From: Vezdaea acicularis
Lineage: Eukaryota
Assembly (NCBI GenBank): GCA_026025075.1
Contig: JAPEUI010000040.1
Location: 62,001 to 126,000 of the forward strand
Direction of reading: 5' to 3'
Length of the DNA: 64,000 nt
The position numbers and the translations under genes were made by a program. Position 1 is the stretch's first letter, and each line of letters starts with the position of its first letter. The notes under the pieces are model-generated. The model worked only from the letters and a program-made list of their open reading frames with translations, did no database searches and was not told where the DNA came from. Below, in pieces: positions 1 to 11,249 of this stretch.

Positions 1-971
1 CTCTCGGGGAGCTCTTCGACCATGGCGTCGACGCCTGCAACACCATGTTAGAAGTACTCCTATTCGCCGCCGCCATGAACCTTGGCCAAGGCTGGTATAC
101 CGTGCTCACGCTGTTCGGGGCGCTGTTCACCTTCTACGTCCAGACGTGGGATGAATACTTCACCCATCAGCTTACGTTGGGGATTATCTCGGGGCCCGTG
201 GAGGGCATACTGACGCTTTGTATCGTCTTCCTGTTCACGGGATACCAGGGCGGCGCTCATTTCTGGCATCAGTCGGCAATACGGACTTTTGGCATCTCGA
301 AACCGGGGTTTCTGCCCGATTGGATATACGAGATCCCGTTCTATGAATGGTTCATGGTATACGGCGGCATCGTGCTTGTCTTCAACACCCTGCAGAGGTA
401 AGTTCTGCCTTCACAATTCATCCCCTTTCAGGGCACGAATTGACCACGGACATTCCCTAGCCTGCAAAACGTCATCGAAGCCCGCCACAAAGAAGGCCGA
501 CGGGCGCGCCTCGCTCTCGTCGCACTCCTCCCCATCCTCGGCGCCTGGGTCCTCATCCCCATCTACCTCTTCCTCCAACCCATCATCCTCTACCACCACC
601 TCGTCCCCTTCACCTTCTACGTCGGCCTCATCAACGCCTTCTCCGTCGGTCAGATCATCACCGCACATCTCGTCAAGGACCGCTTCCCCTTCAACAACGT
701 CCTCGTCGCCCCCCTCTTCTTTGCCGTTATCGACTCTCTGGGCCCTTTCTTGCAACATAATGTTGGTATCGGATGGCCGAGTGCGCTGGGAGATAATATC
801 TATCAGGTCTCGTTCGTCTTCTGTTGCCTCGGTCTGGCCGTCGGTGTCTATGGCAGCTTTGTCATCGATGTCATCTATGCCATCTGTGACTACCTGGATA
901 TCTGGTGCTTGACCATCAAGCATCCGTATGCTCGGGAGCGGCCGCATGAGGCGGAGAAGAAGGTCAAGTAG
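1..971 (+). CDS. EPT1: Choline/ethanolamine phosphotransferase (CDP-alcohol phosphotransferase), 3' part; intron 398-460
   Basis: Opens with the end of the CDP-OH motif (..GELFDHGVDACNT), then YVQTWDEYFTHQLTLG..SGPVEG; GTAAGT..CCTAG splice gives SLQNVIEARH..VGQIITAHL..ICDYLDIWCLTIK. CPT1 and EPT1 cannot be distinguished. Confidence 0.9.
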
Positions 972-1232
972 CAGGCAAGTTGATCATGTATTTGAGCGCG
1001 ATCTGCAATCCAGGGGGGGTTCGGAGAAGATACCGCGCGATGCAGCGCAAATTTTCTTTCAAGTGCTGCTCGAGATTATTGGGGCTTTTTATATATGCGT
1101 TTAACTGACGAGAATGATCTTAATGACAAACCGAAACTAGTTCCGTGGTATATGGCGTGCTTGTTATACTCTTACAATTGAATGCCCATAACTGAGTATA
1201 CACAAAAGCGAAAATAAGGATATGAACCAATC

Positions 1233-3218
1233 TCATTTTCTCGCCCTCTTGACATGCGCATCCAGCGTCCCCTGCCCCTTCCCCATCTTCCTCTTATTGC
1301 CTCCTTTATCCCCACTCCTATTATCCCCCCCTTTATCCGCCGCCCCGCCCATATCCTCTTCCACTGTGCCATCATCACGCTCGCCCACGCCTTCCCGCAC
1401 ACTCCGCCCATTCGCCGGCTTCCCAGCCGTCGGCCCCTCGCCTTTATCATCGAACAGCGCCTTCCACGAATTGTCCAGAACCCTCGGATGATCGCCATAG
1501 AGGCCGACTTTATAGGCCTCCTTCATCCCGTCGATACAGACGGTACGACGCTCGCCGAAATCAAACATTGGCTTGGGATATACCTTCATTCCATTATCTA
1601 CGGTGACAGGGGCAGTCGCATCGCCCTGGATGAGACAACCTGCCTTTTTCTGATCCAGCACGGGGGCTTTCCACGGCTCATAGATGTACTTAACCGGAAA
1701 GTCCTTCAGCTCGGGGACATACCTCCTGACGAAGGCGCCGTCGCGATCGGTCTTCTGCGGAAAGGCGATGGGGGAGTAGCAGCGGAAGAACTGGCTGTAA
1801 AACGCGGTGCAGCTGAGCCACTGCCAGTTGCCGGCGTTGCACGCGACTTCGTGGTCGATGAGCCACTCCTCGAAGACCTCGGCACCGCGCTCCCAGCTGA
1901 TGTAGCAGCCGCCGCGCGTGAGGAAACAGGCGACGGCGTGCCGTCCGAGGTGGTGGATCCATCCTTCTTGCCGGAGCTGTCGCATCAGCGCGTCGATCCA
2001 GGGGAAGCCGGTTAGGCCGTTGCGCCATCGCTGGAACCAGGTTTCTGCTTGCGGGTCGTCAATGGTGTAGTCTCCTGTGGTCAGGCCGGAAGGGGAGAGG
2101 GTGGAGGGGAGATGCCAGGGTATGAAGCGTACGTGCGAGTTGCCGTGGGTCTGGCTGAAGCGGTGGCCGAGGCTGGCTTGGGCGCCAAAGTACATGTCGC
2201 GGAAGAGGAGTTGGCCGGTGAGGCTTGTTGGGGGGACGGAGGCTTTGGGGCCGTAGGCGGTCACGATGTCTTGGGCGGCCCAGTAGAAGGTGCGGACGCT
2301 GAGAGAGCCGAAGTGGAGGTGTGGGCTGAGTAGGGTGGTTGATTGCGGATCGAAGTCTGTGGGTGCCGTTTTGGGCTTTTCGAAGGTCGCGGTGTATTTC
2401 TTGTCGGCGGTTATTCTGGAAAGCGAGTTCAGGGCGAGGGTCTCGCCCCCGCGGTGGGGCGTTGTGGCTGGTTTGAGGCCGAGCTCGGCCATTGTGGGGA
2501 CGGAGAAGTCGCCTTTGGGGCCAGCGAGGTGCGCGTAGGATGCGTCGTCCTGGTCGCGCTGGTTGGCGTTCATATCTGGGTTCGAAGGAGGCTGCTCTTG
2601 CTCAAAGTCGAAGAATGTATCGCCAGGGTCTGGTAGAGAAGTAGGAGCAGGGATTGGGCGGGGGATTTCCCCTATCTTCTTGGCAGCTTTCTGAACCTGT
2701 GTAATACTCATGGTCGGGCCACCATTTTCCTGGACAAGTCGATCCGGGTCATATAGTGTACGTCCGACGCGCGTGATGACCTTCACGCCGGCTTTCTCGG
2801 CCAATGCCATAACCTCATTGTCTCTTTGACGCGCATAGGCGTCTGTGTCCTTTTCGAAGACCAGATGGGAAATTCTCCAGGCTTTGAAGAGTTTCGGAAG
2901 GAGTGTCGTAGGCGCTTCTCGGATTACGAGTAGCTTTGACTTCTTATTGAGCTTTGTGATGGATGCGGAGAGGTCGTTTTGGCAGTCGATTCTGGACTGA
3001 GAATTAGTACCACCTTAGATGCGCAAACGCCATTTCGAGGTTTCTCACAAGAATTGCCATCTATTTACCCCCACTCTTGCCCGGTACACATAGTGTGGAT
3101 CCCATGTCCATATTGGGTATAGAAACTCAGGACTGAGGTCTAAAGCGGCCTTCAAGGCTGGAGAATCATGAAGACGGAGATCGGTCCGAAACCAGTAGAT
3201 GACTCTAGGCTTGGCCAT
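1233..3218 (-). CDS. (6-4) photolyase / animal-type cryptochrome family; intron 2992-3048
   Basis: N-terminal YWFRTDLRLHDSPAL; TTLLSPHLHFGSLS, GQLLFRD, TGFPWIDALMRQLRQEGWIHHLGRHAVACFLTRG, NAGNWQWLS. The His residues typical of (6-4) repair are present. Confidence 0.95.
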
Positions 3219-3759
3219 TGCAAGGATTAAGGGCACGAAAAAGAAGGATAGCGAAGGGACGATAGACAAGATTTAGGGTTATGCAATTCGTGCACCATGG
3301 TTGCAGCTTCAGCGTGGGAGCGCGTTCCTGGCGTGGCCTGTAGGAAGCACAGTGATGATGTCAATTCCGTTTTGGGCTTGGGCTTCATTTAGCTTCCGCT
3401 CGCTAATCTCGTAGATCTCGATTTCATCAAGGCCCAGGGACGTCTTTTGATTTTGCATTAAGAGATCAATTGCTGCTGGCAGCGTCTGCTTGGGAATATC
3501 TCATGCTACTCTCTGACCATGATTATATATAAGACTATATATTCAGGTTTCGTGCTTGGATGCATTCACATGTGAAAATCGTGATGGCCGGCGTGGGCTC
3601 GCTACTGTTGCCCTGACAACAACAACCAGCAAGGGTTCTCGCGTCATCAGCACGCTCGACAGAACCCCGCGTACTTTTCTACAAAGGCATAAACTTCAAT
3701 TTTTCACATTCACTGTCCGACGATCTCTTCATTTGAAGTAGAGTTGGGGAAAATCTACG

Positions 3760-5759
3760 ATGCTGACGCCACGTAGGCGCTCATCCCGCCTTCAAGGCAC
3801 TCCCGCAAAAGTATGTCATCTCATGTTTGATATCATTGGCCGTGAGGCCACTAGTTACGCGCCCACAAATCATCTCTGACTGCCATTCTATAGCCTTGCA
3901 ACCCAATTGAAGCAACTAAACTGACGTCCCTCTTCGAGCGTGAGGAGACTCCTGGCTCTGGGACACACGCCACTATCGATTCCATTGTGTCATCTCCAGG
4001 TGCACCGCCCACCTCCACTATGTCGAAGCACATATTCAACTTCTCTCCTTCCAAGTTGCACACCCCCAGGGGCGCGACACGCCTTCGACCTCCGCTCGAG
4101 GAAATGCACCCAAGCAAAGTTCAGCAGAGCACAGCAAAGGAGCCAGACTCTGGTCTCCAGCTCGGCTTTGTTGATATTGATGCAAAGAGCGAGCCACGTA
4201 ACGGTTATCAGAATACTCCGACCAAGTCGAATGGAAAGATCAACCCTCTTAGACTCAACCCGTTATCCTCCAAAAAGGATGATCAAACCAAGTATAGTCG
4301 CAGGGAGGCAGAACTTGGCCCAGAAGCCCAGAAGATGATGGATGACCTGCGTGAGGAAGCAGCTGCCATCAAGGCTAAACTCATGGCAGAACGTGAAGAA
4401 GAACTACGTGAGAGACCGAAAGACGGAACCATCGAACATCTCATTGGAGTTGGTGGCCGGAAGATTGCTGTACCTAAAGGCAAGAAGGGTCGATTCAGCG
4501 ATGTGCATATGGCAGAATTCAAGAAGATGGACTCCATTGCGGGACACCCCTCAGCTTACAGAGCCCAACCTGGAAGATTCGAGGCTGTCAAACAGTCTCT
4601 GAAGCGTAGCAAGTCGCAAGCCAAGCTCGACGAACCGAGTCGTGCACTTGCCCGCTCAAAGTCAAATCAGGCGCTGAAGGATACTAAGCACGAATCAGCC
4701 TCTCCTGCAAAGAAAATGAAGCAAGCTGAGGGACAAGAAAGCTTCCTTCCTCGTCCACCAACTCGCCGTGGGCCTCAAGACAAGCCGTCAACCCCGAGTC
4801 TTGCCCATTCTGGGTCTACGATTCTTACTCCTACCAAAGCATCACTCGCTAGGTCAGAGAGTATCAAGCATCCGAAGTCCGCCATGGGTAATATTCCACG
4901 ATCAGCTTCTTCACGAACCTTGAAAGTCTTCGCTCCAAGGACCGAGGGAAGCCATAGATATCTCTCGTCTTTGGGCAATCTTAGTCGTGTGAAGTCACTC
5001 TTGCAGAGGCCTCAGCTCCACCTCAGGGATACTGCAGCTGCAGCTGTTAGCCAACCACCGACCCCCTCAAAAGACCCAATCACAGCTGCCTCGACTTTGT
5101 TTGACCTTAACAAGGAACTTCCATCAATCCCAAGCACTCCAAAGTCCGGACTGGCCTCTGGCATCCCCAGAATGCGGTCATTCAAGGCCATGGGACCGTC
5201 TCTGAACACGCTTGCGAAGGCCCGCATTGATAATCAAGCGTCACCCGACAAATACACCGCCCTTCTAAAGTCACAAAAGTCAGACGCAAGACCACTCTAC
5301 CCTGAGCTGACGGCGAGTACTGTCTCGACGCCCCAACGACCTACACTAACGCCAAAATCTCGGCTTCCACGCCAATCTGGTCCAGCTGAGTTCACCATCA
5401 AAGCAGAAGCTAAGCTCAACTTTGGCAACAGCCCCCCATCCGGTCCTACTATTCGCAAAGTCCGCCCAAGCATCATTCCCGGTGCCTTTCCTGAGAGTCC
5501 AAAGGAGTTGCCAGCTATCCCCCATGGCATAACGAACAAAAAGCGCCATCGTGATGACTCTGAAGACGAAGAAAACCGTGACCCATCCCCCAAGAAAGTG
5601 AGAACGGAGCTCAACAAAAGTGTAGAAGTGAAGAAGCTGACGACGGCCGGCCACAAACTTCCGAGTACTTCAAAGGGAGCGCGTGTGACGTCGGCAGGTC
5701 GGAAGATCATGAGTATGAGCAGGCTCAACATGCTGGCAAGGCCAAAGAACAGGAAGTGA
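3760..5759 (+). CDS. Basic S/P/K-rich disordered protein with a NuSAP-like motif; intron 3811-3893
   Basis: ATG 3760 MLTPRRRSSRLQGTPAK, then GTATGT..CTGAC..CTATAG, joins in frame to the 590-aa ORF; motif GRFSDVHMAEFKKMDSI; many S/T-P sites. Confidence 0.8.
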
Positions 5760-6137
5760 ATTTATGGCAATGCATCAAGGCGATTGGCGATGGTCATAAT
5801 CACATGATGTGGACGGTTAACATGATGATGATCTTGGGTTACGGTTGCCCCCTGGATGAAAGGATGGTTTATGTTATGATTGTTCCAACACGTTGACGTT
5901 CACAATGTCACATCTCCTTTAAGTTCTCATGTCATGAATTACTAGTCATGGAAGGATACTTGCTCTAGCTTAGGCTCAATGAATGATGACACTTTCCAAG
6001 TAGGCTCGGTCCAACTGAGAAGGTGCGTTCTCGTGTAAGGGAGAAGTTAGTCTCGCCATTGTTGAAAGTAAGTCCAAGCAAAGCCTTTCAGAGCAATTAT
6101 CACACCATCATTTCTAGATGCCATTCATTCACCTATA

Positions 6138-7973
6138 ATGCCCAAAGGCCTAACTAGGACCTATTCTGTATCATCGTTTCCCGAGCTCGTCCCAGATGCC
6201 CTGGTTATTCGGCGGAAAACCCACCCGACTCTCTACTTCGAAGATGACCACAACAGATGTTCTAGCTACAGATGCTCTAGCCCCAGTCTCGATAGAAGCA
6301 CTAGTGGTTCCTCCGGAGAAAGGTTCGAAGCAGCGTGTCCTCAGGTCCTATCGGAAATACCATCAGGTCAGGGCGAGAAGGATGGCGAGAATTACGGCCT
6401 ACAGACTGAAGAAGGATCAGCAGCGGGAGGCGAAGCTGGAGTGGAGAATAGCGAAGGCGAAATCCAGAGCCAAAAGAGCCTCGATGAAACTCAAGGTCAA
6501 AACCCTGACGGGGGCTTCAACTGCAATCGCGAAGCTGACAGCCAAAATGACGGCACTAAAGCTAAAGATGCTGCTGAAGACACAGTCAAGGTTGACCAAG
6601 AAGATAATGAGCCTACGGCAGACGTTATTGGAGGAGACACCCGAGGTGCCAGCTCCAGTGCCGGTTCCAATATAGCTACCGACTATGAGAGCACTCCGGT
6701 AGTCGTTCCACAAGAAAAGAAGAAGACCAGATATCGCTGTACGTTCTGCTGGCGGCTCTCATCGCAATTCAAGCCAGTAGGCCCAGAAGCTCGGATCGCC
6801 TGTCGGGGCTGCTGGAAGAGATCGTGGGATCTCGCCGTCTGCTGGGGCTGCGGAGAGCTGATAGCGAGAGACGGCCGAGAAGCTGGCGTCGCCGCCTTTG
6901 GCTGGTGCTTCTGGCACCTTGAGTGTTTTGGCTGCTTGGTCTGCCGGCAACCCCTGACTCTTTGCGGAGCTGCGAAGGTTGGTGAGCAGGGCATTGAGGT
7001 CCAGAGCGTGCCTATTTGCGAGGACTGTGAAGATGTAAGCGATACGGAAGGGTCGCAACCGTCGAGTGTTGATCATATCGATGGAGCTATACGGCACGTA
7101 GTTGGGGGACTAGAAGAGGAGGATACAAACATAAGGGACATATCTTGGGCTACTTCGAACCGACAGTATCCCATACGTCTCCAGCAGGGGGCGAACATGG
7201 TTAGATCCACCCCTAGAAAGATCACTCCTCCGAAGTGGATGGACTTGCTCCCAAGCAGGAGGGATCCGTCTCCGAGCTCCGCCTCACACATCACATTTCC
7301 CTCACAGATTACTCAGCACCCCTTTCTGGCCCTCGGACTGCTCGAGCCAGAAGTAATTAAAGGGGCAAGCCTCGTACCAACCATTCCTGGAACCCGGCAA
7401 TCCTCCACCTTCAACAGCTCACTATCGCCCTCCGAAAAGGACAGCGCCTGGCTCTCTATCATCGCCGAGCTGTCCAACCCTTCCGCTGCCTTGCCTCTGC
7501 ACGTCCCCAAAATCCGGCACGCATCCCTCCATCCGCGAAAGCCCCTCCCGCCCTCCGGACCGCACGCCCTCCCCACACCAACTCCCACCTCTCCAAGTCC
7601 GACCACATGCCCCGTGTGCCAGTACCCCATCCTTCCTCTCGAACCCAATACCATCCTCAACGAACACGCCTACCATCTCTCATGCGCTAGCTGCCGAATC
7701 TGCAGGCGCCCTATCCACCCTACCAGCAGGGCGACCACCGATTCCGCCGAGCCCAAAGACCGTTTCATCCTCTTCAACAGCCGCCCTTCCCACAAGCGCT
7801 GCGTAAACAAGAGTGTGGAGGGCATACTGCTTCGTATGGACGATAGGGGGAGGAACGCGGCCGATACGCTTGGGAGGACGAGTCGGAATGTCTCGAAGAC
7901 GGATCCGGTGCTGGCGAGAGAGTTGGCGGGATTCTGGTCTGTGAGGAAGAAGAGAGGGGAGTTTGGGGGGTAA
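6138..7973 (+). CDS. LIM-domain zinc-finger protein
   Basis: Intronless 611-aa ORF. CWGC..WHLECFGCLVC..ICEDC and CPVC..YHLSCASCRIC..HKRC fit the LIM consensus; an extra CTFC..CRGC precedes them. Confidence 0.8.
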   Translation: MPKGLTRTYSVSSFPELVPDALVIRRKTHPTLYFEDDHNRCSSYRCSSPSLDRSTSGSSGERFEAACPQVLSEIPSGQGEKDGENYGLQTEEGSAAGGEAGVENSEGEIQSQKSLDETQGQNPDGGFNCNREADSQNDGTKAKDAAEDTVKVDQEDNEPTADVIGGDTRGASSSAGSNIATDYESTPVVVPQEKKKTRYRCTFCWRLSSQFKPVGPEARIACRGCWKRSWDLAVCWGCGELIARDGREAGVAAFGWCFWHLECFGCLVCRQPLTLCGAAKVGEQGIEVQSVPICEDCEDVSDTEGSQPSSVDHIDGAIRHVVGGLEEEDTNIRDISWATSNRQYPIRLQQGANMVRSTPRKITPPKWMDLLPSRRDPSPSSASHITFPSQITQHPFLALGLLEPEVIKGASLVPTIPGTRQSSTFNSSLSPSEKDSAWLSIIAELSNPSAALPLHVPKIRHASLHPRKPLPPSGPHALPTPTPTSPSPTTCPVCQYPILPLEPNTILNEHAYHLSCASCRICRRPIHPTSRATTDSAEPKDRFILFNSRPSHKRCVNKSVEGILLRMDDRGRNAADTLGRTSRNVSKTDPVLARELAGFWSVRKKRGEFGG

Positions 7974-8096
7974 GGCATGTCGGGAGGTGGTCGAGTAGCA
8001 TTCTGTTCCCAAACAATTATCCATTTGATGCCCGGCTGGTCTTGAGAGCAGAAGTGATTTACATCCAGCTAACCCACACACCTCGATCTACCACAC

Positions 8097-10493
8097 TTAC
8101 ACCTCCTTACCCTTACCCTTCCCCTCTCTTCCCTCATCCATCTTCCTTCCCCCCTTAACCCCCTTCCTTATCAGTATCTGCCTCGTCCCACTCCGCACCT
8201 TTCCCCTATGAATCTCCTTCCTCTCCACATTTTTCTCGCGCGGGTCCTGCTTCCTCTTGCGATCGACCCTCGTCTTCGCGCCCAGCGCCCACAGATCGCC
8301 CCACTGCGCCTTCCGCGCATCGCGGTATGCCTCCCGTCCGTAGCTCTTCGGCACCGTCCACCGCTCGATGCCGCCCGCCGAGGTACACACGTCGAGGATG
8401 ACGTGCCGGTGCCGCTTCAGCGGAGGCAAGATGACGCGTGGGAGGGTTTGCATGTGTGTGCGCATTTCGGCTTCTCTCCCTGGGTCTGTGATGCCGGGGG
8501 AAAAGGCACCGTCGAAGGCGTTGGTTGTTGCTTGGGCGTTTTGGGTGGACGCGAATGGGGCGGGAGGAGAGGAGGAGCGGGGGTGGCCCCGGCGAACGGC
8601 GACGTAGCTGAATTGTGCGTCTTCGTGGTTGCGGCCGGTGGCGCCGACAAGAGTCTGGTAGTATGGCGGGCGGTAGAAGCGTTGCCGGAAGTGGCAGAAT
8701 TGGCGGCGGTTGAGCAGCGAAGGGGGCGTGGAGGAGTCGAGCATTGGACAAGGCGCATGGTTCGTGCAGGGGGCTATTATCATGCTGCCTGGTTCTTTGG
8801 TCGATGGAGGATCGTCTACAGCTGGAGGGTTGGTGGGCTCAGAGAGGTCTGAAGAGGAAGTAGTGGAAGAAGTAGCGTCGAGATATTTGGACAGAATGAG
8901 CTGCCGTGCAGCGCCGATGGCTTTGAAGCCCTCGGGTAGACCTTTCTCGATGAATATGAGGACGCCGCCGGCAGGGTTGAGGAGTGACCACAGTTTTTGG
9001 ACTTGCTGCTTGCGCTCCCATTCCTGACCGAGAGGCCAAAGTGTGTGGGCTGCAAGGATAATGTCATATTGCTTTCGAGGGGCTTTGGGGTTGTCTAAAA
9101 TGTCTGCGTTTAGGGGGGCGATATTATCAGGCAGGCGGGGGAGGAAGGTCGTATTATCGAGGAAGCGCTTGACGCCTTCACGGATCGTTGATGCTCCGAC
9201 AGCAACGGTTGCTTTGCCAATAGGGGCCTGGCCAGTGGAGGCGGTGTCTGTGTCTTCTTGCATAGTCTCCCACTCAGCTTTCAGGAGCTCTCTCCACGCA
9301 ACGACGGCGGCTCCGCCTGTGCCAGCGTCCAGAATATGTGGTGCCTCCTTTCGCTGCAAAAGATCTCGAAGCCATTCCTTGCCCAAGCGCTTACGAACTT
9401 CGACTAGAGTGCTATACGTAGACGCATACGTTCCTGACATCACTGCCGCCATGTATAGACTAGCGTCAAGGCTGGACATGTTCTCAGACGAGTTTAAGGC
9501 GATTGGCCTCTGTCCCATCGTCCGTTTCGCAACCGGTGTTGCGGCGGAAAAGGGAAGGCCAGGTCCACCAAAGATCGAGAGCGCACGGAATTTGAGCTGG
9601 GTAGTCGAGAAGGCTGAGAGTGACTCCTTGATCGGCATCGTGAATGTATCCTTCGGTAGCTGAACTGCTCCTTCAGGGACACGAAACTTCCCTGCCTCGG
9701 TCAACGGATGGCCCCGTCTTTGACGGTGGCCTGTGTACAGATCAGGCTCATCCTCGTTTCCCTCATGATCATCATTATCTTCGTCGTCTTCCTCTATATC
9801 TTCTTCCGGCTCGTACTCCGGATCATCGTTGACCTCGGGTTGGGCAGCCACAGCGGCCGCCATGTCCTGCTGGAGACGTCTCAAGGCCTCAACTTCCCGC
9901 TGGCCCATACCCCTGACATCAACATGTACCTCTTCTACACTGCCGCCAGTGCTTGGCTGAAGAGTAGCGAAGCTTCCCTTGTCATTCCCATGATTCCCAG
10001 GGTGAAACTCGATCTCTTCCAGATCTCCCTCCTCGATCTCTCGGAACAACACATCTTTTCCCTCACTCCCTTCCTCCACTACCTCATGTAAGTCACGAAG
10101 AATCTCGAGATCTTCTGGGGCTGTGGCTCGCAAGGGCGCTCCGTAGAGGCGTTCATACACAATGTACTCCTCGGAGGACAGGAAATCCGCAGGAAGGGTA
10201 TTGCCAAAGAGATTTCGTGCATTACGCGCTGTGGCTTCCAAGTCAGCGAGCGGTGTAGATGTAGTATTATGAAGAGCTGTTTCTAGAGGAGTCCGTTGCG
10301 GGGAAGAACTTTGAAACCGTTTCGAGCTTGAGCAGAAAGACCGAGGAGCTTTGCGCTCAAGGGTAGCCAATCGTCGAGGGTGGCGGCTCCGAAAGCCCAT
10401 ATGAGTCGATGATACAAAGCCATTCTCGAACAGTGCGAGCAGCTCAAGTCTGCAGGGTGAGCAGATTGCCCTAACGGAACGAGCTTGAATCAT
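8097..10493 (-). CDS. RSM22: Mitochondrial small-subunit assembly factor Rsm22/METTL17
   Basis: Presequence-like MIQARSVR; ILDAGTGG SAM motif; GGVLIFIEKG; IIAPCTNHAPCP..FCHF..LDVCT; WTVPKSYGREAYRDARKAQWGDLW. The start at 10493 is preferred over the upstream ATG at 10673. Confidence 0.92.
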   Translation of the reverse strand: MIQARSVRAICSPCRLELLALFENGFVSSTHMGFRSRHPRRLATLERKAPRSFCSSSKRFQSSSPQRTPLETALHNTTSTPLADLEATARNARNLFGNTLPADFLSSEEYIVYERLYGAPLRATAPEDLEILRDLHEVVEEGSEGKDVLFREIEEGDLEEIEFHPGNHGNDKGSFATLQPSTGGSVEEVHVDVRGMGQREVEALRRLQQDMAAAVAAQPEVNDDPEYEPEEDIEEDDEDNDDHEGNEDEPDLYTGHRQRRGHPLTEAGKFRVPEGAVQLPKDTFTMPIKESLSAFSTTQLKFRALSIFGGPGLPFSAATPVAKRTMGQRPIALNSSENMSSLDASLYMAAVMSGTYASTYSTLVEVRKRLGKEWLRDLLQRKEAPHILDAGTGGAAVVAWRELLKAEWETMQEDTDTASTGQAPIGKATVAVGASTIREGVKRFLDNTTFLPRLPDNIAPLNADILDNPKAPRKQYDIILAAHTLWPLGQEWERKQQVQKLWSLLNPAGGVLIFIEKGLPEGFKAIGAARQLILSKYLDATSSTTSSSDLSEPTNPPAVDDPPSTKEPGSMIIAPCTNHAPCPMLDSSTPPSLLNRRQFCHFRQRFYRPPYYQTLVGATGRNHEDAQFSYVAVRRGHPRSSSPPAPFASTQNAQATTNAFDGAFSPGITDPGREAEMRTHMQTLPRVILPPLKRHRHVILDVCTSAGGIERWTVPKSYGREAYRDARKAQWGDLWALGAKTRVDRKRKQDPREKNVERKEIHRGKVRSGTRQILIRKGVKGGRKMDEGREGKGKGKEV

Positions 10494-11249
10494 TTCGAAT
10501 ACGTTTGAGGGATGTAGAGCGGACTCGAAAAAAAAGCTCGGAGCTCCTGATATTCGCTTCGCGGAGTTGCCTCGGAGGAGAGGTCCAGAAATTCCCTTGC
10601 ATCTCGTGGGCATGAAACACCCAGTATCCCCTACATAGACAAGGAAAATACGTGCACCCATATCTCCCCGCATATGTGATCAGTCATATTGTTCCCCACG
10701 TCATAACGTATTTAGGGTCTAATTTATATCACGTCAATTGAGCAAGCGCCACGAGATAGACAGGCATGATCCGGCTCTCAAAATTCGGAAAAATACGCAA
10801 ATCTACGTTGTAAAAACATATTTTGTCGACTCTGAAATGGCTATGAGCATTCTCTCATCAGATCATTAGGAGGTTGAATAATGGTCTTTATTCACTTCCG
10901 TCCGTCGCTATCGCGTCACATTCTAACATATGTAAAGTCTGCAACAACCTTCGTCAACATCATTAAGCATATAAGGCGCAGGGATCTTTGCTTTGGGGGT
11001 TGCCTCCTTCCGTGGAAGAGGCAGTCAGAAACATGTATATATATAGGCTATCAAATGAATCTAGCCTCGTCTCTAAATGAAATATATGCGATGCAATAGC
11101 CTCTACTAGAGAGAAAAGCCCACCGGCGCCTTGGAATCAATGCCCCTCCTTTATACACAGAACCACCCAATGCTCGCAAATGTCAAGGTTGACCTTGCCC
11201 TGTACGATTTATGCGATAAAACTAGGACACCCACTCTCCATAGGCGTCG

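Noticed and set aside
3273..3281. TTAGGGTTA (minus-strand TAACCCTAA) as telomerase RNA template or interstitial telomere
   Set aside because: Single 9-mer about 55 nt upstream of the photolyase start, with no room for a long ncRNA and no repeat array.
8097..8800. Cys motif of Rsm22 as a novel metal site
   Set aside because: It matches the already described Fe-S-binding cysteines of METTL17/Rsm22.
411..9663. Long antisense and alternate-frame ORFs overlapping real genes (e.g. 411-947, 1254-2015, 8208-8852, 9043-9663)
   Set aside because: Expected shadows of GC-rich codon usage; no recognisable domains.
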